Shown here: positions 9,981-16,168 of the stretch, one piece after another
Layout: each line of letters starts with the position of its first letter
How positions within the stretch are numbered: position 1 is the first letter of the stretch
Source: Verrucomicrobiota bacterium
Lineage (GTDB): Bacteria > Verrucomicrobiota > Verrucomicrobiia > Limisphaerales > UBA1096
Length of the DNA stretch: 64,000 bases
Reading direction: 5' to 3'
Assembly: GCA_014382705.1 (NCBI GenBank)
Contig: JACNJE010000101.1
Coordinates: 9,211-73,210 of the forward strand
Made by a program: the position numbers and the translations under genes
Notes under the pieces: model-generated
What the model was told of the DNA's origin: nothing
Database searches by the model: none
Seen by the model: the letters and a program-made list of their open reading frames with translations, nothing else

Positions 9981-10735
9981 GCTTGGCCAAGCGCAACGGC
10001 TTCACGCTGATCGAGCTGCTGGTCGTCATCGCGATCATCGCCATCCTCGCCGCGCTGCTGCTGCCGGCCCTGGCCAGTGCCAAGGAACGCGCCCGGCGGA
10101 CGAACTGCAAGAACCACATCCGCCAATTCCTGCAGGTGGCCCACATGTACGGCGGCGACAATGAGCAAAAGCTGCCCAGCGGCCTGTCGGACGCCAAGGA
10201 TCCCATGGACGACCACACACCGCTGATCTCCACGCCGATCCGCGCCGCCCTGCTCAAGTATGCCCCGTTCCGCATCTACGAATGCTCCAACCTCGGCAAG
10301 CCGTTCGGCAACCCACGAGGCTGGCTGTTCGAGGGCTGGGGCTACGTCATCGGCTACAACTATCTCGGCGGCCATTACCAGACCCCGTGGCCGGCGATGG
10401 GTGAGTTCCAGGGCTGGATCTCCCCGCAAACCTTGACCGACAACCCCAGCCTGCCGCTCGTCACCGACCTCAACACCTGGTCGCCCGGCTTCATGCACAC
10501 CCTCGCCCCGCACGGCCCAAGCGGCCCGATCCTGTTCGACTACAACACCGACGAGACCGGCGATCGCGACTACTCAAACCCAAGCGCGGAGGGGGCGTCG
10601 TCGAGGGATCTCGGCGCCGACGGCGGCAACGTCGGCTGGCTCGACGGCTCCGTCCGCTGGAAGGACATCGACCAGATGAAGCCGTACCGCGGCTCGCAAT
10701 TGTGGGGCGAAGACGGCGCCTTCACCGTCTGGTGA
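9977..10735 (+). CDS. Prepilin-type N-terminal cleavage/methylation domain protein (DUF1559-like)
   Basis: [25 protein letters not shown] leader and C-terminal [13 protein letters not shown] motif. ATGA overlap with the upstream gene. Confidence 0.9.
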   Translation: MSLAKRNGFTLIELLVVIAIIAILAALLLPALASAKERARRTNCKNHIRQFLQVAHMYGGDNEQKLPSGLSDAKDPMDDHTPLISTPIRAALLKYAPFRIYECSNLGKPFGNPRGWLFEGWGYVIGYNYLGGHYQTPWPAMGEFQGWISPQTLTDNPSLPLVTDLNTWSPGFMHTLAPHGPSGPILFDYNTDETGDRDYSNPSAEGASSRDLGADGGNVGWLDGSVRWKDIDQMKPYRGSQLWGEDGAFTVW

Positions 10736-10748
10736 GCATCGCCGTTTT

Positions 10749-10824
10749 GGGGAGCGGGAGGGGCAAGTTCCACCTTGCCCCATTTCAAAATTCATTTGGG
10801 ACGAGGTGGAACTCGTCCCTCCCC
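10749..10824. repeat. Twin-hairpin repeat R1, copy a
   Basis: GGGGCAAG-ttccac-CTTGCCCC, a 16-nt AT-rich spacer, then GGGACGAG-gtggaa-CTCGTCCC. The two loops are complementary. Further copies lie at 32938..33005 and 34439..34543. Confidence 0.8.
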
Positions 10825-10915
10825 GGCCGATTCCGGCGCATGTTCCCAGCTGAACGCCTGCAAAAGGTCACCGGTGGGCATTGCCAGAATGGGCTGCGTT
10901 GTGTAAACCATTTCC

Positions 10916-11719
10916 GTGCCGAGCGACTCCCCCAGCATCCTCCTGCTGATCCCCGCCTACAACGAGGAGTCCCGCATCGGCCCGGTGCTCGAGGCGTACG
11001 CGCGCTATTTCCGGGAGCATCATCCGGACCGATTCCACCTCGTCGTCGTGCTCAACGGCTGCACCGACGACACGCTCGGCGTCGTTGAGCGCGCCTCGGC
11101 TCAGTTTCCCGAGATCAGCCACGTCAACATCCCCGAGCCGGTCGGCAAGGGCGGCGCATTGATCGAGGGACTCAAACTCGCGCCCGAGGCCGACCTCGCC
11201 GGCTACGTCGATGCCGACGGCGCCACCCCGCCCGCCGCCTTCGACGAGCTCATTACCGAATGCACCACCGTCGACTGCGTGATCGGCTCCCGCTGGATGG
11301 CCGGCTCGGTGCTGCGACAGGAACAAACCTTCCGGCGGCAATTCGCCAGCCGCGTCTTTCACGCGATCGTGCAGGGCCTGTTTTGGATGGGCATCCGCGA
11401 CACCCAATGCGGGGCCAAGGTGATGCGCCGCGAAGCCGTCGAGGCGATCCACAGCCAACTCACCGTCGCCGACATGGCATTCGACATCAATCTGCTCTAC
11501 GCCCTCAAGCGCTCCGGCTACACCGTGCGCGAACTGCCGACCGAATGGACCGACCAGGTCGGCTCCAAAGTGGAGATGGGCCGCACCTCGCTGGTGATGC
11601 TGCTGTCCGTGATCCGGCTGCGGCTCTACTACTCGCCCCTGTACCGGTTGCTCGCCCCGCTGCGCCCGCTTGAGGCGTGGCTCTACCGCAAACTCAGCGC
11701 CCCCCCACCGCTCAAGTAA
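10916..11719 (+). CDS. GT2-family glycosyltransferase (dolichyl-phosphate sugar synthase-like)
   Basis: LLLIPAYNEE, NGCTDDT, VDADG and DTQCGAKV motifs typical of GT-A/GT2 enzymes. GTG start. Confidence 0.85.
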   Translation: MPSDSPSILLLIPAYNEESRIGPVLEAYARYFREHHPDRFHLVVVLNGCTDDTLGVVERASAQFPEISHVNIPEPVGKGGALIEGLKLAPEADLAGYVDADGATPPAAFDELITECTTVDCVIGSRWMAGSVLRQEQTFRRQFASRVFHAIVQGLFWMGIRDTQCGAKVMRREAVEAIHSQLTVADMAFDINLLYALKRSGYTVRELPTEWTDQVGSKVEMGRTSLVMLLSVIRLRLYYSPLYRLLAPLRPLEAWLYRKLSAPPPLK

Positions 11720-11888
11720 CCCCCGCTTGGCCAAGCGGCGAGAGCAAACCCGATTTATACCCCGAAGGGGCTTGGCCAAGTGCGAGGTAGGGACGGCTGT
11801 TCCCAGCCGTCCGTGTCGTGCGGCGCGCCTTGTGCTTTGAAATACGCCCTCGGCGCGCTGGGACAGCTCGCCCTGCCTTCAATACGCC

Positions 11889-11932
11889 TTGGCGGGACGC
11901 CAAGCCGGGCACGCGGGCCGCGTGCGCTCCCC
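11889..11932. repeat. Intergenic repeat R3, copy 2 (hairpin GCACGCG-nnn-CGCGTGC)
   Basis: TTGGCGGGACGCCAAGCCGGGCACGCGGGCCGCGTGCGCTCCCC matches 3832..3876 with a few substitutions or indels. The hairpin stem is conserved and the loop differs. Confidence 0.7.
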
Positions 11933-12020
11933 GTGGCGTCAGCTGGGCTTGGCCGAGCGGACTCGCCCCTCAAACACCGCGCTTCGCTAAGGCGACCGCA
12001 ATCAGAATCGTGTACGGAAA

Positions 12021-14528
12021 TTAATTACCTGCTAACGATTCGCGCTCTTTGATCAATAGCTCGAGCAAGAATTTGTCGGATAAACCGTTTTCGTTGCCCT
12101 CCAAATTAGCAAGACAATCTTTTGCTGTTTGCCATGTTTTTTCTGATTCTGCTTGTCGATTCGTTTTAAAATGAATCATTGATAGTAATGCATTATTCAG
12201 CCCCGGTAAGAAGGGATGGGTGGCTGATGTGTATGAAAGCGACCGATCACACCATTGCTCAGCCGTTGTCATATCACCCGAACGGTACTCCACAATAGCC
12301 ATAGTGAAACAAAACCAATTATAATAATTAGTCCCTTCCTTTGTTCTGCCTAATGCCTGTTGAGCATAATTACGGGCTAGCTCGACTTGTTTTGCGTCAA
12401 TTTTCAAAAAAATAGATCCTTTTGCAAGTCGCTCAAACGTAGTGTCATGTTTTGGCTCATGGAACCTATCAAACATTTTTTGGCAATAAGTTGAATATGC
12501 ATCGACATCACCTGTTTTGGCAATTAATGACGCCCCTAACTGCCACCACATTGTCGCAAAGTTTTCATTTCCATGAGGCGATTCCTCCTCGAGTTTAACA
12601 AATGTGTACACCCAGTTTTTTGCCTGATCAAAATTGCCTAATGCCAAGTTAATCCGGCTTGCATATAATTTGGAATACTTATGTTGTGGATCAGTTTTGT
12701 TTGCGGCATTGATGGCCACCAACGCCGAATCAAAATCGCCATTCCGAGCATAGCCTCCAGATTTCTGTCTCATCGATTCGGCAAATTGTGGCAAGCCGCC
12801 TTGTTGCCCCTGCATAATTTCCAAAGCCTTGTCCACGTCTTCCTGTGATAACTCCTGTCCACTTACAAGGGCCAGAATCGCCTTTTCTTCGTTTTCCTTG
12901 GCCTGTTTCCAGGCGAACCCGGCGATGATGGATGCGGTGATGGCGACTACCGATAAAACGGTCGCTAAAATGGCTCGCCGTTTTTGGGTGATGGCCAAGC
13001 GCTCCATGGCTTCCGCTTTTGCCTGCTCGGCCTCGGCTCGTTCCTGCTCGGCCTTGGCCAAGGCTTGGGCCTGGGCCAGTTCGCGTTGGCGGGCCTCTTC
13101 GCGTTCACGCTCCTCCCGAACGGCCTCGTCGTGAGATTGGTCAAGGAAGGCCATGGCCTCGTCGAAGCCGGCAAAGTAGTGGTCGGCCCAGGTCTTGTTG
13201 GGCTTGGTTTCCTCACGCCATGAGAGGGCGATCTGCAGGTCGGGGTCGCGGTAGTAGCCGGCCTTGCCCTCTTGATACAGGCTGCTGGTGTCGGCGAGGC
13301 GGCGGTAGATCTTGGCCGACTGCGCCTCGTCGTCCACCCAGTCGCGCAGGCGGCGCCAGGCGCGCATGAGGCTTTCGTGGGAGATGTCGATGACGGTCTT
13401 GGGCGTGATTTCGGCCTCGCCGCTGGGCATGAGGAAGGTGCGGCCCTGCCGGCGGAAGGCGTCCACCACGGCGCGGATTTTGGGCTCCTCCTTCTCGATG
13501 ATCTCACACAGTTCACGGAACTGCATCGGCCGCCGGATGCCTCGGTTTTGGTCCACCTTCTCGGTGAGCGCCTTGAACAGTTTCTCGGCGATCCAGCGGT
13601 GCCCGTCGTCCGCCAGTTCGGCGTGAACCTCGTCGGCGTGGCGGCTGAGTGCCTCATCCATCCCGCCGGTGGCCTGGTAATGGTCGAGGTCAAGCGGGCC
13701 GTCCGCGCCGCTCTCATCCCAGTAATCCCATGTGCGCATGAGGGCGTGCTGGAGGATCGGCAACTGGTCGGGGTCGTCACCGATATCGTTAAGCAATCGC
13801 TGGACAAGGCGGGAGGTGATCTCGCGCTGGCCGACAGCCACCGGCCCCTCGATGGCCTGCCGGCGCTGGTTGCGATTGAGGCGCGGGATGAGGTATTCGC
13901 CGTCGTTGACCGCCTCGGCCAGGCCGCGGAACTGCGCGCAGTCGCCGAGAAAATCGGAGCGCATGGTGAGCACCACGTAAACCGGCAGGTCGATCTGCTC
14001 GCTCGCCTCGAGCAGCAGCGTGATGAAGTGCCCGGCCTCCTCCTCCGACAGCCCGCTCATGCGGCGGAAGCGGAAGATTTCCTCGAACTGGTCGACGACC
14101 AAAAGCAGGTTGGTGTTCTCCGGCAGGTCGCCCTGCTTGACGGCCTCGACCAGCCCCATGCCGCTGCGGGCAAGCGAGGCGCGGACGTGCGAGTGGATGT
14201 GATCCTCGCCGGCGTCGTGGATGTCGGCCTCGATGAGCGCCTCGGCGAGGTTGGTCAGCGGATCGCCCCCGGGGCGCATGACGGCGACCTCCCACGACGA
14301 GCCGGCGGTGGCCATGGTGCCGCCGTGCAGTTCCGGCAGCAGCCCGGCGCGGACGAGCGATGACTTGCCGCTTCCGGAAACGCCGACCACTGCGAGGAAT
14401 CGTGTTTTGCGCAAGCGCGTCAGCAGCTCGGCGGTCTGTTCCTCGCGGCCGAAGAAGAGGAATTTTTCCTCAATCTGAAACGGGCGGAGTCCGGGGAAGG
14501 GATTGAAATGTGCGTCTTGTGGGTTCAT
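12021..14528 (-). CDS. STAND-class NTPase (nSTAND/NACHT-like) with coiled coil, one TM helix and C-terminal TPR-like repeats
   Basis: NPFPGLRPFQIEEKFLFFGRE lead-in, Walker A GVSGSGKSS (about 14358..14384) and Walker B-like LLLVVDQFEEIF. Glu/Ala/Arg-rich coiled coil and a TM helix AILATVLSVVAITASIIAGFAW (12909..12974). About 295 aa of TPR-like sequence follow, encoded by markedly lower-GC DNA. Confidence 0.85.
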   Translation of the reverse strand: MNPQDAHFNPFPGLRPFQIEEKFLFFGREEQTAELLTRLRKTRFLAVVGVSGSGKSSLVRAGLLPELHGGTMATAGSSWEVAVMRPGGDPLTNLAEALIEADIHDAGEDHIHSHVRASLARSGMGLVEAVKQGDLPENTNLLLVVDQFEEIFRFRRMSGLSEEEAGHFITLLLEASEQIDLPVYVVLTMRSDFLGDCAQFRGLAEAVNDGEYLIPRLNRNQRRQAIEGPVAVGQREITSRLVQRLLNDIGDDPDQLPILQHALMRTWDYWDESGADGPLDLDHYQATGGMDEALSRHADEVHAELADDGHRWIAEKLFKALTEKVDQNRGIRRPMQFRELCEIIEKEEPKIRAVVDAFRRQGRTFLMPSGEAEITPKTVIDISHESLMRAWRRLRDWVDDEAQSAKIYRRLADTSSLYQEGKAGYYRDPDLQIALSWREETKPNKTWADHYFAGFDEAMAFLDQSHDEAVREEREREEARQRELAQAQALAKAEQERAEAEQAKAEAMERLAITQKRRAILATVLSVVAITASIIAGFAWKQAKENEEKAILALVSGQELSQEDVDKALEIMQGQQGGLPQFAESMRQKSGGYARNGDFDSALVAINAANKTDPQHKYSKLYASRINLALGNFDQAKNWVYTFVKLEEESPHGNENFATMWWQLGASLIAKTGDVDAYSTYCQKMFDRFHEPKHDTTFERLAKGSIFLKIDAKQVELARNYAQQALGRTKEGTNYYNWFCFTMAIVEYRSGDMTTAEQWCDRSLSYTSATHPFLPGLNNALLSMIHFKTNRQAESEKTWQTAKDCLANLEGNENGLSDKFLLELLIKERESLAGN

Positions 14529-14534
14529 GGCGTG

Positions 14535-16031
14535 TCAGTTGGCGAGCTTGGCTTGGGCAACAAAGGGGGCGAGGACGGCGGCATCGAAACCGCCCGGCTG
14601 GGTCAGCACCTCGGCGAAGTGAGTCTTGAAACGGCTTTTCCGGCGGTCCTCCGGCGGGGCGACAAGGACGACCTTGGCGCCTATTGGCTTGGTGCGACCG
14701 AAACCAGGCGCCTGCATCAGGTCCATCACCTTCATCTCGACCCACGAGCGGCCCCCGGCCCCGTAATAGATCAGCACCGCGTCGCAGAGGGTGAGTTTTT
14801 GGCGGTGGGCCTTGGCGATGTCGGATTCCTCCCCCTCGAACAGGGGCAGCGACACCTCGAAGCCCTGCGCGAAAAGGTAGTCCTCCAACGGCTCGATCGC
14901 CTCCTCGTCACGGGCGTCGCAGATCAGATAAACGTTGGCGGCGGCGGGCGCTTGGCCAAGCGCGGTCGGCTCCGGGGCGGTCGGCTTGGCCTTGGGCTTG
15001 AGCCGCTCGAGCAGGTAGCCCTTCAGGTTATCGAGCGACTCCTCGACGATCTCCGCGCCGGCATGCGTCGCGTCGTCCTCGTTGATGCGGCGGATGAAGT
15101 CGATCTGCCGGTCGTCCCCGGCGACCACGCCGCGCGGCAGCCAGATGATCCGCTCGAGGCCGGACTCGCGGCTCAACTCGGCGGCGATCTGGTTTTGCAA
15201 ATCCGCCACTGACCGGTCGGCCTCCTCCGGAATCATCCCGTACCGGGCGCCGACCATGTGCACGGCCAGGTCGCAGCGCTTGAGGATGTCGCGCAGAAAA
15301 TCGCACAGCTCCGGCCCGACCAGCGGCAGATTGTTCTCCGGCAGCACACGGTGGCCGCGCTCGACCAGCTCGCGCTTGATGCGGTCGCGCTCCGGCTGCA
15401 CGTCGGTCGTCGTCGCGGCGAGAAATATGGTCTTCGCATCGGCGCTGATTTCGGGCGTCTCGACCTCCGCCGCGCCGCCGCCGTCGTAGTTTTTCAGCAG
15501 GCCGCAAATCTCGTAGGCGAGGTCGTAAATGCGGGAGAAATAATTTTGCCGCGCCTGCTCGCCGAACGCCTCGTCGTACTCGACGAGCCGTCCCGTGTCG
15601 GCGTCAAAGTCAAAAAACTCAAACCCGATGATGCTCTGCAACACCGGCGGCAGGTGACCGGGAATCTCCCCCGGATCCACCGGCGTCTTGACGACCTTGA
15701 AAAGGCGCGACCGGTCGCCCACTTGGATGCCGCCCGACTCGGTTGCCTCCCGGTAAAACTCGTTGAGCTCGCGCAGGCACCACTCCGACTTCATGTAGCG
15801 CGGGCTCATGATGGAGATCATCACCTTGGCCCCCTTGAAGGCGTTCATGATTTTCTCGTCGAAAATATCGTTGCCCTGGATTTTCTGGTCGCGCCAGATG
15901 TTGGGCTTCTCTCCGAGCAACTGCCCGAGGCGAACCTCGAGAACACGGTGAAACTGGGTGATCCAGCCCTTCTGCCCCTCGGTCAGCGGCTGGTCGTCAA
16001 TGTGGGCGTAACTGATAAATACGTCATTCAT
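14535..16031 (-). CDS. TIR domain protein with two further TIR-like/DUF4062-like Rossmann modules
   Basis: VFISYAHIDD ... ISIMSPRYMKSEWCLRELNEF, with the conserved Glu codon at 15768..15770. Second module TIFLAATTTDVQPERDRIKREL...CDLAVHMVGARYG. Third module NVYLICDARDEEAIEPLEDYL...CDAVLIYYG. ATG 16031 with an upstream AGGGAG. A 6-nt spacer separates it from the STAND gene. Confidence 0.85.
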   Translation of the reverse strand: MNDVFISYAHIDDQPLTEGQKGWITQFHRVLEVRLGQLLGEKPNIWRDQKIQGNDIFDEKIMNAFKGAKVMISIMSPRYMKSEWCLRELNEFYREATESGGIQVGDRSRLFKVVKTPVDPGEIPGHLPPVLQSIIGFEFFDFDADTGRLVEYDEAFGEQARQNYFSRIYDLAYEICGLLKNYDGGGAAEVETPEISADAKTIFLAATTTDVQPERDRIKRELVERGHRVLPENNLPLVGPELCDFLRDILKRCDLAVHMVGARYGMIPEEADRSVADLQNQIAAELSRESGLERIIWLPRGVVAGDDRQIDFIRRINEDDATHAGAEIVEESLDNLKGYLLERLKPKAKPTAPEPTALGQAPAAANVYLICDARDEEAIEPLEDYLFAQGFEVSLPLFEGEESDIAKAHRQKLTLCDAVLIYYGAGGRSWVEMKVMDLMQAPGFGRTKPIGAKVVLVAPPEDRRKSRFKTHFAEVLTQPGGFDAAVLAPFVAQAKLAN

Positions 16032-16117
16032 GATACTCTGGCTCCCTCTGACAAATTGCGGTGGACGGGAGTTAAAGGAACCGGCCATCCATTGTAAACC
16101 AAAAAACCGCGCACGCA

Positions 16118-16158
16118 CTTGGCCAAGCGAACGACAGCTCGCACGCGCTTGGCCAAGC
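16118..16158. repeat. Two copies of the iterated palindrome in the divergent promoter region
   Basis: GCACGCACTTGGCCAAGCGA and GCACGCGCTTGGCCAAGCGG lie about 29 bp apart, between the TIR gene start (16031) and the cyclase gene start (16169-16211). Confidence 0.9.
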
Positions 16159-16168
16159 GGGAAATGGT

